Below, piece after piece: positions 33,189 through 43,900 of a stretch of 64,000 bases of DNA. The stretch is from contig CAXBMO010000012.1 of assembly GCA_963977015.1 (NCBI GenBank), forward strand, positions 96,001-160,000. Direction: 5' to 3'. Below the pieces are notes generated by a model. That model saw only the letters and a program-made list of their open reading frames with translations. It did no database searches and was not told the DNA's origin. Numbering within the stretch: position 1 is the first letter of the stretch; each line of letters starts with the position of its first letter. Source of the DNA: an uncultured bacterium. Its GTDB lineage: Bacteria > Verrucomicrobiota > Verrucomicrobiia > Verrucomicrobiales > DEV007. A program made the translations under genes and the position numbers.

Positions 33189-35486
33189 TTACTTCGCGGC
33201 CAGGCCGGGATCCTTGCCTGCGGCGGCTTTTTTGAAGGCGGCGATGACCTGGCCGGGAGTGATGACCTCGTCGAGGAAGAGGATCGGTCCTTCCGGTGGG
33301 ATCACCATGTAATAGGGAATGGTGGGGTGATCGAAGTGATGGAGAATCTCATCGACGACTTTGTTCGGCTTGGTGATATCGGCGAGCATCGGAACGATGT
33401 TGCGCGCTTCAATTTCGGTGCGGACTTGGCTGGAATTTACGAAGACAACTGTCTCGTTTTGTTTGCAGGTCAGTCACCAATCTGCGGTGAAGTCGATGAA
33501 GACGGTTCGTTTCTTACTTCGATGTTGAACGATTTGGACCGGGTTGATTTCGTCCCAGAGAATCCCGTACTTCACGATCTTGTCGGCGACGGCTTTCGGT
33601 TTGGAGGCGAGGAGCGCTTCGGCTTCCTGACCCTTTTTGAAGCCGGTTTGGGTCAGGAAGATGAAGAGGCCGGCAAGGGCGATGGCGGCGATGCGACCCA
33701 TCCACTGGGTTTTGACGGATTTGTAGGGCAGGACGTAGCGCCCATAAATCCAGACGGCCATGGCGAGAATGACGAGGCCGTAGAGAAAGTAGCTGAGGGC
33801 GTCGCGACCCGCGAGCTTGGCATAGACGCTGGTGAGCCAGACGACGGTCGCGAACATGGGGAAAGACATGAACTGTTTGAACGTCTCCATCCACGCGCCC
33901 GGTTTGGGGAGCTTCTTGATGAGGGCGGGGATGTAACTGAGCAGGACGTAGGGAAAGGCGAGGCCGAGGCCGAGCGCGGTGAAGATGGCGAACGAGGCAA
34001 TGGCGGGAGCGCTGAGCGCATAGCTGAGGGCCGAAGCCATGAACGGGCCGGTGCAGGGCGTGGCGATAATGACGGCGAGGACACCGGAGAAAAAGGAGCC
34101 GGAGTAGCCTTCCTTGCTCTGCAGTCCCTGACCCGCACCCGTGAGGGAGGTGCCGAATTCGAAAACACCGGCGAGATTGAGGCCGAAGACGAAGAGAATG
34201 ACGACCATCGAGACGACGAAGAGGGGATTCTGCAATTGGAAGCCCCAGAGGATGTTGTTCCCGGCCAGTTTAATGGCGACGACAATCGCGGCGAGAATCC
34301 AGAGCGATACAAGCACGCCCAAGCCGAAGACGAGTCCGTGTTTGCGCACTTTCGCTTGGTCTTCCCCACTTTGCTGGACGAAGCCCATGATTTTGATGCC
34401 GAGGACGGGAAAGACGCAGGGCATGAGGTTGAGGATCATGCCGCCGAGGAAGGCGAAGACGAAGAGTGCGGGGAAGGGCAGGGGACCCGCCTTGGTGTCG
34501 GAGGTAGAGCCGGCTTCGACGGCGCCCCAGCTGAGCATGGTTTGGACCGCTTCCTGTTGAGCGGCGAAGTCGGGCTTGGGAGCGGCGGCTTCCGGAGTTT
34601 CGGATGGGGTTTCCGTTTCGGCGATGGAAGCGGGTTTGGGTTCGGTTTCGGCTGACGAATCGGTGGAGACGAGGAAAACCTGACCGGAGGCGGATTTGAA
34701 GAGGGCGTTGAACCCGGCCGGAACTGCATCGACACCGCTGGCGATGGGCTGCGTGAAGGTGATAGTTGAACCGGAGACGGCAACGGTTTGGGGCTGATCC
34801 GCATCAACGATCCCCGATTCGGTGGGCCAGAGGAGAAGATCTTTGGGGCTTGAAGCGGCGGAGGCGAGATCGAGCGAAGCGACGAGGTTGCCGTTTTCGA
34901 TCGCGGCGCTGAACTGGTAGGAATCGGGAACTGCGGGAAGTTTGGCGATCGCAGCCTGAATCGCGGGAGACGCAGGCGACGGCGCGGCGGGTTCCGCCTT
35001 GATCGGCAAGTCGAGCGTTGCGGCCTGGTTCTTCGGACTGAGACAGGACTTGTCGTCGCAACTGAGCCAGCTTGCGGTGGCCGAAAGGTTGGCGGTGCCG
35101 CCGGGAGCGAGATCCGGTGAAACCTGGATTTCCGTAAGGATCCAGGCCTCGGACTCGTAGCCGTAACCGATCTGGCCGGCCGTCGTGAACTGCTTGGGCG
35201 TGGAATATCGGCTTTGCCCGGCGGTGAATCCTTCGGGGAGATCCAGATTCACCGTGGTTGGCAATCCGCTGACGCCGGGGTTGGTCCAATAAATGTGCCA
35301 GGGCTCGTCGATGGTGATGTGGACGGCGAGTTGAAAGCTGCTGCCAGGCTGGACCGAGGCGACGTCCGCTTTGAGGAATGGGGTGGCGGGCTCCATTCCT
35401 CCGAGAAACTGGGCCTGCAGATGGGCGGGCTGGAGCAGGGCGAAAGCGGCCAGGAGCGTGAAAGGAAGAAAGCGGAGGTTCATCAT
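33189..35486 (-). CDS. dsbD: Thiol:disulfide interchange protein DsbD with in-frame TGA at the thioredoxin active site (probable selenocysteine, UxxC)
   Basis: nDsbD (WHIYW.NPG, CDDKSC), TM domain (NLMPCVFP, ATPCTGPF), then FTADW-TGA-LTCKQNE; the frame stays open 94 more codons through ADIT and PTIPYY to TAA at 33189, joining ORF 33189-33389. Confidence 0.85.
33439..33457 (-). promoter_or_regulatory. Candidate bacterial SECIS hairpin
   Basis: Starts 17 nt 3' of the UGA: ACGAGAC-AGUU-GUC(U)UCGU, a stem with one bulged U and a G in the second loop position; folded by eye. Confidence 0.5.
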
Positions 35487-35599
35487 CAAATCAGATCGGC
35501 AAACGTGGGAAAGTGAGCTTCGACAAGAATGCTTTCCGGGTTGGTCTAACTGCTGGACGGATCCTTACGATTCGCAAGAAAAATGCTGCGGATGGGGAT

Positions 35600-36001
35600 T
35601 CAAGGCTTGGCCACGTTGGCGCTCGATTCGTCGTCGTCCGTCCCCAGTTTTCCGTCTTTGCCCGCTCCGATTACGGAAATCGTTCCATTTTCATTCGCGT
35701 TGAACTCCAGGGGGTGGCCGTAGCTGTCGACGAACTTGCCGCCGCCCCGGGTGATCACCATTTTGACCAAGGCGGGGTTGGGGATTCCCGAACCGTCTGA
35801 TGTCAGGGCCTTGGCCCAGGCTTCGTTGCTGGTTTCGACCTGTTCATCCGGGTTGTTTTTCTGGTAAATGGCGACCCACGTCTCAACCTGCTTGATGAGG
35901 GGGGCATTTCCGACACGGTGCTGCCAGATATAGCCGCCGATCCCGCAAAGCACGATCAGCACAGCAATAACAGTAGAGGCGACGATGCAACCTTTCTTCA
36001 T
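35600..36001 (-). CDS. Small membrane-anchored protein with GspG/T2SS-G-like C-terminal motif
   Basis: N-terminal TM; DSYGHPL...ISVIGAGKDGKLGTDDD resembles the GspG C-terminal D.WG..Y...S.G.DG..G..DD pattern. Confidence 0.65.
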   Translation of the reverse strand: MKKGCIVASTVIAVLIVLCGIGGYIWQHRVGNAPLIKQVETWVAIYQKNNPDEQVETSNEAWAKALTSDGSGIPNPALVKMVITRGGGKFVDSYGHPLEFNANENGTISVIGAGKDGKLGTDDDESSANVAKP

Positions 36002-36192
36002 GGCAAGGTCGATCAAAGGGAAGAGGTAGGGTTAGGGCAAGCCAAAAACTTGCAAACTCCGCCCGGCAATGAATGGTCCGTCATTCGAATTCGCGGGGAC
36101 GGCTTCACCATGGTGAATACGATCCCCAAACAACCGCTGAATCTTCATTGTTCGCCCGCGTCAAACGCCCTAAAATCGCCCGGATGTCACGC

Positions 36193-36927
36193 ATGCTCAA
36201 ATTGCCCGGTTTCGTGCTGCTTCTTCACGTCGCGCTGCTGCTCAGCGTTGACGCGAAGCCCACCGAGTGGCCGTTGAAGGACGGAAACAGCTATTTTGGC
36301 GAGGCGGTGAGCTACAGTTTCACCACGAAGCAGGTCGGCCTGCGCAAGGCGGATGGCAAGGAGCACCTGTTTCCCGCAAAGGAACTCGCGATTTCCGGCA
36401 AGTTGCAGTTGATGGGTTCCCCGGCGTTCGGCGAGGCGCTCAAGGGATACAAGCCGCCCTTTATTCCCACGCTCGTCTGGATTTTCGGGAGTCTGCTTGC
36501 CCTGTGTTTCCCGGTCATTGTCGGGCTGTGGGGCAGTGCTCATGTCTTGGGAGCGGTCAGCACCATGCCTCGTCATCTGATTGGAGTGGGCAAACTCGTG
36601 TTGCTCGTGGTGATTCAGGTCGTGGGATGGCTGGTTCTTTCGATCGTGCTCGACTCCGAGCGTCCGATTATTCCCGACAAAAACGCGGATATCGTCCTGT
36701 TGATCACGGTGGGGATTTTGGGCCTGATTGTGACCTCGGTGGTGCTTTCCCTGCATTATCACCTGCGATTCATGAAGGGAATGGCGATTGCGCTGCTTTC
36801 CGGCGTTTTCGGCGGGATTGTGGCGACGGCGATGCTTCTCGGCGGCCTGTTTTTGGTCACGCGGATGGAGACGCCGATGGAGACATTGGCAACAAAACTT
36901 GTTTTTGAGCCGTTTGGATGGTTTTAA
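36193..36927 (+). CDS. Membrane protein with N-terminal SHD1-like domain
   Basis: Signal peptide, W.LKDG......V.L.K.DG......L pattern, then 4-5 TM helices; start may be 36184. Confidence 0.6.
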   Translation: MLKLPGFVLLLHVALLLSVDAKPTEWPLKDGNSYFGEAVSYSFTTKQVGLRKADGKEHLFPAKELAISGKLQLMGSPAFGEALKGYKPPFIPTLVWIFGSLLALCFPVIVGLWGSAHVLGAVSTMPRHLIGVGKLVLLVVIQVVGWLVLSIVLDSERPIIPDKNADIVLLITVGILGLIVTSVVLSLHYHLRFMKGMAIALLSGVFGGIVATAMLLGGLFLVTRMETPMETLATKLVFEPFGWF

Positions 36928-36936
36928 TCAGGCGCC

Positions 36937-37257
36937 ATGGACGCGCTGCTCACCGATGTTTGGGATCTCTTCCTGTTTTTGTTTAAGAACAACGGCTCAC
37001 TGCTGCTGACCTTGGTCGGACTATCGGGCCTCTACCTTTGTCGCAAACATCATGACCGGATGCCGCGGGTTTCGCGTCGTGTCAGCGTGGCCAGCTTCAT
37101 CCTGCTGCTGCGGAGCGTCTTCATCCCGTTCATCATTTTCTATATTCCGGTGACGATGCAGTTCACCGGCTTTGAGCAGCTCTACAAGCTGATCTATCTC
37201 ATTCTCGAGGCGATCGCCTTCTGGCTCATCATGTCGGTCGCCTTTCGCGATCAATAA
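36937..37257 (+). CDS. Small hypothetical membrane protein
   Basis: 106 aa, three hydrophobic segments, 9 nt after the upstream gene. Confidence 0.55.
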   Translation: MDALLTDVWDLFLFLFKNNGSLLLTLVGLSGLYLCRKHHDRMPRVSRRVSVASFILLLRSVFIPFIIFYIPVTMQFTGFEQLYKLIYLILEAIAFWLIMSVAFRDQ

Positions 37258-37275
37258 CCGGCGCAAACATCGTTC

Positions 37276-37701
37276 TTACTCGTTCGCTCTGAGGGCTTTG
37301 AGGAACTGCTGATCTTCCCGCGACAGGTCGTTGATTTCGTAGCGATATTCGTTTCCGCCCGCCTCCAGGCGAACCTGGGTTTCCGACATTCCGCGGAGAA
37401 TCGCCGTAATCTTCTGGCCCTTCCGATTGGTGAAAACGCGCTCAATGTTGTAGGCGGAATAGCCTTCGGTCATGCCTTTGTGCCCCTCCTTTTCCGGCAT
37501 GGTTCCCGGTTTCCAGAAGCCGACTTCATCGCGGTTCCTATCGGCGGCGATCGCGCGCTCCAACTCGACGTCCCGCGTTTTGTTCGCTTCGTGCGCGGCA
37601 AGTTGAGTGTCGACTCCCTCGGAGAAAAACACCGAGAACGCGTAAAAAGCTCCCAAAACGAGAAGCCCGAGGATGACAGCGCCTCCGATGATCTCTTTCA
37701 T
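37276..37701 (-). CDS. SHD1 (SLA1 homology domain 1)-like protein
   Basis: N-terminal TM; RVFTNRKGQKITA...VRL...INDLSREDQQFL. Confidence 0.7.
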   Translation of the reverse strand: MKEIIGGAVILGLLVLGAFYAFSVFFSEGVDTQLAAHEANKTRDVELERAIAADRNRDEVGFWKPGTMPEKEGHKGMTEGYSAYNIERVFTNRKGQKITAILRGMSETQVRLEAGGNEYRYEINDLSREDQQFLKALRANE

Positions 37702-37953
37702 GGCGATAGTCTGCCTGTCATTGACCTGCGTTGGCAACCCTGAATCAGCTCTGCCCTATCAAGTTGCCGGGTTTCCTGATGCTCGTCGATTTCATCCAGG
37801 GTTGCGGCCAGAAGTCGCTACTTGCGGCGAAGGAAGCGGCTGATGGTCCCGTCCAAGCCTGGGAGAACACCCCAAAGTTCAACTTGGTACTTGCAAGGTT
37901 CTTCGAAAAGTAGCAATCTCCGGCGTACTTTCGTTAATCTCTCCTAAATTTCC

Positions 37954-39087
37954 ATGTCGGAAACGTCAAAATCTCTCAAACAGAAGAGTCGCGAGAAAGT
38001 GGCTCAGTGGAAAAAACTGGTCGCCGAATTCCAAAAGTCCTGTCCGAAAAAGGCTTCCTGGCAACTGGTCAATACCCTGGGTTCCTACGTCGCGCTTTGG
38101 ACGCTGATGTATTTCGCGCTCAAGGTTTCCTGGTGGCTCGCCATTCCCCTCGCGATTGTCGCAGGCGGCATCGTGATTCGCGCCTTCATCATTTTGCACG
38201 ACTGCGGGCACGGCTCCTTCTTCAAATCCAAACAGGCGAACGACTTCTGGGGCGCGGTCTGTGGGTTCATCACCTTCACTCCCTACCATCACTGGCGCTG
38301 GGAACACAGTATCCATCATGCCACTTCGGGCGATCTCGATCGCCGGGGCGTCGGCGATATCTGGACCATGACGGTGGAAGAGTACAAGGAATCCTCCAAA
38401 TTGCTTCAGTTCGGTTATCGGCTGGTCCGCAACCCCATCGTTCTCTTTGTGATCGGGCCGATCTATCTCTTTGTCCTGCGGGAACGCTTTCCTCAGTCGA
38501 GAGCGGGTATTCAGCAGCGGAATTCCGTGTATTTCACCAATATCGCCCTGCTCTGCATCGCGATTGCCTTGAGTTTGACCTTCGGGCTCTGGACGTATCT
38601 CATTCTTCAATTCATCATCATCGCGGTTGCGAGTGCCTCCGGTGTTTGGCTCTTTTATGTTCAGCACCAGTTTGAGGATGCCTATTGGGAGAACTCCGAA
38701 AATTGGGACTACACCGAAGCGGCGATCAAAGGCAGTTCGTTCTACAAGCTTCCCAGGGTTCTCCAGTGGTTCTCCGGAAACATCGGTTTTCACCACATTC
38801 ATCACCTCAGCCCGGGAATTCCCAATTACAATCTGGAGCGGTGTCACCATTCCGACCCAATGTTCAAGAACGTCAAGCCGCTCACGTTCTTCAAGAGTTT
38901 CAAGTCGATGACCTATCGTCTCTGGGACGAGGCTGGGAAGAAGCTCATCACCTTCCAGGAATTCCGGAATCTTCGGAAAGAGGAGATCAAGACTCAAAAG
39001 GAAGAGGCGGAAAAAGCTGCCCGCCTTCGCAAAGAGCGCGCGGAAGAGGATGTTGCGGTGGGAAGAGCCCATCGCGACCTCATGTAG
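37954..39087 (+). CDS. Membrane fatty acid desaturase
   Basis: Three His boxes HDCGH, HSIHH, HHIHH; FYVQHQFE; TM segments. Confidence 0.92.
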   Translation: MSETSKSLKQKSREKVAQWKKLVAEFQKSCPKKASWQLVNTLGSYVALWTLMYFALKVSWWLAIPLAIVAGGIVIRAFIILHDCGHGSFFKSKQANDFWGAVCGFITFTPYHHWRWEHSIHHATSGDLDRRGVGDIWTMTVEEYKESSKLLQFGYRLVRNPIVLFVIGPIYLFVLRERFPQSRAGIQQRNSVYFTNIALLCIAIALSLTFGLWTYLILQFIIIAVASASGVWLFYVQHQFEDAYWENSENWDYTEAAIKGSSFYKLPRVLQWFSGNIGFHHIHHLSPGIPNYNLERCHHSDPMFKNVKPLTFFKSFKSMTYRLWDEAGKKLITFQEFRNLRKEEIKTQKEEAEKAARLRKERAEEDVAVGRAHRDLM

Positions 39088-39114
39088 AATTATTTCTTCT
39101 GCAGCAGCCTGCCA

Positions 39115-40833
39115 ATGCCCAAGAAGCCCGAAGAGCTCCGCAGCTATCGCTGGTTCGGTCCCGATGACCTTCGGTCCTTCGGTCACCGTTCCCGAGCCAA
39201 GCAAATGGGGTATTCCCGCGAGGATTACCAAGGCAAGCCGGTCATCGGCATTCTCAACACCTGGAGCGATCTTCAGACCTGTCACACCCATTTTCGCGAC
39301 CGGGCGGAAGAGGTAAAACGCGGCGTTTGGCAATCCGGCGGGTTTCCGCTCGAGGTGCCGATCATGACGTTGAGTGAAACCTACATGAAGCCGACGTCGA
39401 TGTATTTTCGCAATCTGGTGGCGATGGAAGTGGAGGAGACGCTGCGGTGTTATCCGCTCGACGGTGCGATTTTGATGGGCGGCTGCGACAAAACCGTGCC
39501 CGCCCTGCTCATGGGAGCGTTGAGCGCGGATTTGCCGAGCATCTTTCTGCCCTGCGGCCCGATGCTGAAAGGTGGCTGGAAGGGCAACACGCTCGGAAGC
39601 GGCAGTGACGTTTGGAAATATTGGGCCGAGCGCTGTGCCGGGAATCTTTGCGAAGACGCCTGGCGCGAGCTGGAAGACGGCATCGCGCGGTCGCCGGGCC
39701 ATTGCATGACGATGGGAACCGCTTCGACCATGGGCGCGGTGGCCGAGACGCTGGGATTTTGCCTTCCGGGATCGACATCCATTCCCGCCGTTCATTCGGA
39801 ACACGCAGCGATGGCAACGCGTTGTGGTCGTCGCATCGTGGAAATGGTCTGGGAAGACCTGAAGCCGTCGCAAATTGCCACGAAGGAAGCATTTGATAAC
39901 GCGATTCGCGCGGACATGGCAATTGGCGGTTCCACCAACGCCATTGTTCACCTCATCGCGATGGCCGGTCGCGCCAACGTCAAACTGACGATTGATCGGT
40001 TCGACGAGATTTCACATCAAATCCAGGTGTTGGCCAATCTCCGTCCCAATGGCGAATTTTTGATGGAGGATTTCTACGACGCGGGCGGTCTTCGCGCCCT
40101 GCTCGACCGGATTCGCAATCACCTCGATCTCGATTGCCTCACCATCACCGGAAAAACGCTCGGCGAGAATCTGGAAGGCGCCGAAGTTTACAACGAAGAC
40201 GTGATTCGTCCGACGGATCGTCCCATTTCCAAGGCCGGCGCCACCTTCGTCCTGCGCGGCAACCTCGCGCCGGATGGTTGCGTCATCAAGCCCACTGCCG
40301 CTGAACCACATCTCCTCAAGCACCGCGGTCCCGCCGTCGTCTTCGCCAATTACGCCGATCTCAAGGCTCGGATTGACGAGCCCGATCTCGAAGTGACCAA
40401 GGATTCCGTCATCGTCCTACAAAGCGCCGGGCCGCTCGGCGCGGGAATGCCCGAATGGGGCATGCTCCCGATTCCGAAGAAGCTGCTCGAGCAAGGCGTT
40501 CGCGACATGGTCCGCATCTCCGACAGTCGGATGAGCGGGACGAGTTACGGCACCTGCGTTCTTCACGTTTCGCCGGAAAGCCACATCGGCGGCCCGCTCG
40601 CGTTTGTCCAGACCGGCGATTTCATCGAGCTCGACGTCGAAGCCCGCAAGATCCACCTCGACGTCAGCGACGAAGAGTTGGAGAAGCGCAAAGCCGCCTG
40701 GACCGCCCCCGAACGCAAGTTCAACCGAGGCTACGGCAAACTCTTCGCCGAAGAGATCACCCAAGCTCACGAAGGCTGCGACTTCCGCTTCCTCCACGGG
40801 CAGACTCCGGATGCGGAGCCGGATATTTATTGA
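39115..40833 (+). CDS. araD: IlvD/Edd-family sugar-acid dehydratase (L-arabinonate dehydratase-like)
   Basis: LRS.RWFG.DDLRSFGHRSR N-terminus, GGCDKT, GHCMTMGTAS, GGSTNA, GMPE, SDSRMSGTSYG. Confidence 0.85.
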   Translation: MPKKPEELRSYRWFGPDDLRSFGHRSRAKQMGYSREDYQGKPVIGILNTWSDLQTCHTHFRDRAEEVKRGVWQSGGFPLEVPIMTLSETYMKPTSMYFRNLVAMEVEETLRCYPLDGAILMGGCDKTVPALLMGALSADLPSIFLPCGPMLKGGWKGNTLGSGSDVWKYWAERCAGNLCEDAWRELEDGIARSPGHCMTMGTASTMGAVAETLGFCLPGSTSIPAVHSEHAAMATRCGRRIVEMVWEDLKPSQIATKEAFDNAIRADMAIGGSTNAIVHLIAMAGRANVKLTIDRFDEISHQIQVLANLRPNGEFLMEDFYDAGGLRALLDRIRNHLDLDCLTITGKTLGENLEGAEVYNEDVIRPTDRPISKAGATFVLRGNLAPDGCVIKPTAAEPHLLKHRGPAVVFANYADLKARIDEPDLEVTKDSVIVLQSAGPLGAGMPEWGMLPIPKKLLEQGVRDMVRISDSRMSGTSYGTCVLHVSPESHIGGPLAFVQTGDFIELDVEARKIHLDVSDEELEKRKAAWTAPERKFNRGYGKLFAEEITQAHEGCDFRFLHGQTPDAEPDIY

Positions 40834-40940
40834 TCAATTTGCGTCGGGATACGCGTTATCCTGAGCCATTTCAAATAGGGGCTACCGTTGGTCGTAATTT
40901 CCCAGTCCTGTAAGGACGCTCGAAGGTTTCTGGCATCCTT

Positions 40941-43900
40941 CTACTGATCAACCGTCTCCTTCTTGCCATCATCATCCACACTCGTCTCGACATTCCAAAG
41001 CCGGATAGTGTTGTCGTCTGAAGCACTCGCGAGTCGCGTCCCGTCCGGGCTCCAGGCCACGCTCATGACTGAATTGGAGTGGCCTGTGAGGGGGGCGCCG
41101 ATGGCATCCCCACTAACTGCGTCCCAGAGCCGGATCGTCTCATCGTCCGAAGCGCTGGCGAGCCGGGTTCCGTCCGGGCTCCATGCCACGCTGTTGACCG
41201 AATCGGAGTGACCGGTGAGAGGGTCGCCGATCGCGGCCCCGCTGGCCGCGTCCCAGAGCCGGATCGTGTTATCTACTGAACCGCTCACGAACCGGGTTCC
41301 GTCCGGACTCCAAGCCACGCTCATGACCCAAAAGGAGTGGCCGGTGAAGGGCTCGCCGATGGCGGCCCCGCTAGCTGCGTCCCAAAGCCGGATCGTGTTA
41401 TCACGTGAAGCGCTCACGAGTCGGTTCCCGTTCGGGCTCCAAGCCACGCTCATGACTGAATCGGAGTGGCCGGTGAGGGGTTCGCCGATCGGGTCGCCGC
41501 TCGCTGTGTCCCAGAGCCGGATCGTGTTATCACGTGAAGCGCTGGCGAGCTGTCTCCCATCTGGGCTCCAAGCCACGCTCATGACCCAAAAGTGGCCGGT
41601 GAGGGGCTCGCCAATCGCAGTCCCGCTCGCTGCGTTCCACAGCCGGATCGTGTCATCAACTGAACCACTCACGAGCCGGGTCCCATCCGGGCTCCAGGCC
41701 ACGCTTTTGACCCAGAAGGAGTGGCCGGTGAGGGGCTCGCCAATCGCGGCCCCGCTCGCTGCGTCCCAGAGCCGGATCGTCCCATCGTCTGAGGTGCTGG
41801 CAAGGCGGGTCCCGTCCGGGCTCCAAGCCACGCTGTTGACCGAACTGACGTGGCCGCTGAGGTGCAATGAGAAGCTTCGAAAATTTATCCCTGAATTCGT
41901 AGAGAGGAATTGGGCGAAATTCCCGCGTATGACCAGTTCCGAACCGTTCGGCGAAAATTGCATGTCGTCGCCCCTCCCATAGACCTCTGATTGCACCAAG
42001 TGATCTCCCGCCGGCGTCCAGAAACTCAAACTGCCGACCGCTTGCTCATTCTTGGCTTGTTTTGCATAGACTGCAAATACCGTCGGCGAACGGCTTGTAA
42101 AGGCCAGATTAACTGCCTTCCTGGTAGGGTCTTGATTCAGTTCTTCGAGAAAAGAAGGCAGTTCCCGTTCCCGAAGCTGCCCTCCTGGTTCCTTCTCAGG
42201 GTTCGGGGTGTGGAAAAACTGAACATCTCCGCCTTCGTCCAGGCTCGCTAGGAAATCTTCCTCAGGATAATGCGGTATCGGCCGATCTCCTGCAAAAGAA
42301 CGAGCTCTCGCTCGGAAATCGTCCTCAGGATAAAAAGCGATCTTCTTCACCGGTTTGCGGTGCGCCCGGGAAATCGCAACCGGCTTCCGGATATCGGTAT
42401 TCCATACCTGGATGACCCGATTCTCCAGTCCCACTGCAACGAGAGGAAGCCGAGGATGGAATGCCAGGCAGCGTACCGGTTGGCGGCTGAGGCGGAACTT
42501 TTGCAGTTGGCTTCCGGTCTCGATGTTCCAGAGGACGAAGAAACCGTTCATGGTCCCTCCCGCCAACTGGGTTGCGTTGCTATTGATGGCGACCGCGGAA
42601 AGTTCGCCGGCCGGACTTTTCAGAACTTGGCGCAGGCGCAACTGACCTTCCGGCGTTTCTAGATCGAAAACGGAAATGATCTGGTAATCGCGAACCGCCG
42701 CCAGTATCGCCTGCCTTGGAGGCCCCGCAGCAACGAAATTCCAGGTCTTGTCTGGAGCGGTCAATTCGCTGAGAAATTCGAACGATTCCAAATCCCAGAG
42801 CTTGATCCTCCCATTGTCAACGGCCACGAACTGCGAGTTGCCTTGTCCATCCGGTTTTGGAACCACGAAGGCCGTGTTCTCGGCGACATTGGCCTTCGGA
42901 ATTCTGATGAATTCCTGGTAAATAAAGAGAGTCAGCAAAAAGACGACACCTCCGAGGAATGCAAAGGAAAGCGCGTCGAGGTTGAGGCGGGCCAGCCTGC
43001 CCCGCCGTGCACCACGGCTGGCCCTTAAGACAGGACGAAAAGCGAGGAAAGTAGCGACGAGCGTTGCGATAAAGCCCCCCAAGATAACCAGGTCCGAGGA
43101 CCCGGAGAATCCCCAAACGATACTACCGATTCCGCCACTAAATAGAAGCGGAGTGACGAATGCGAGCCGATTTCCTTCGCCAAGCTTTGGTAGACTCAGC
43201 GTCGCGATCCGGGAACTCTTCCGAGCCTGCGCTTCGACATTTTTGCGGTGGTCCTCCAACCAGGATGCTCCCGCCTGCGATGAATCGAGGAATTCTACTT
43301 CTTCAACTTTTTTGGTCCGGTTGGGTTGAATCCGGGTAAGGACATCGTGGGCTTCTTGCAGAGGCGAGAACGCCTTGTAAAAGCCAAAGAGGACTCCCAA
43401 CAGAGTGAAAAACAACAATGTGAAGAATGGTGTGTCTTCGCTTGGCAGGAGGAAGTCGGAAGCCCAGGTCAAGCCAATCAGCAGTGCCAATCCCGCCCAT
43501 CCTAGGGTGCTCGCTCCGAGCGGATGTTCGGTGGCGCGGGTCAGGCTGAGGGCAAAAAAAATGGCCGTGGCGCTGAGGAAGACGGCGAAAACCAGGGCCG
43601 GATGGGCGAACGGCGAATCCCCCGCCCAAATGTCCTCTAGCAGCGGGATGGCCCGGGACTGATGCGAAAAGAAGCCGTAAAACCCGGCCAGAACAATGAC
43701 GGAAAGGCCGAGCAACTCGGTGCCCCAGAGGTTTTTTCGGCTTCGGGCCGGGTCCCGAAAGCGCAGCGGCCCCAACATCATCGCCAGGCCGGTGAGCGCC
43801 AACGCCGGAGAGAGGACATAGGTGGGATTTTCTTCCACTTCCACCCTAAACATTGCCAATCCACTGAAGAGCAATCCAGTGATGAACCACCCAGCCCGCT

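Noticed and set aside
33189-33389. Separate 66-aa gene, or dsbD pseudogene
   Set aside because: It is the in-frame continuation of the DsbD thioredoxin domain past a TGA at the catalytic Cys position; Sec readthrough explains this better, though a nonsense mutation is not excluded.
33474-33476. Genome-wide TGA=Trp/Gly recoding
   Set aside because: Many genes here end cleanly at TGA (e.g. 24234, 31213, 40833) and Trp is encoded by TGG.
37966-39951. 661-aa minus-strand ORF, and similar long antisense ORFs (6636-8921, 29471-31204, 59955-62381)
   Set aside because: Antisense shadows of well-supported genes in GC-rich DNA, with no motifs of their own.
40993-41855. CRISPR array or DGR template/variable repeat
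   Set aside because: Units are in-frame 129-bp coding WD40 repeats without unique spacers; no cas or reverse transcriptase gene in the window.
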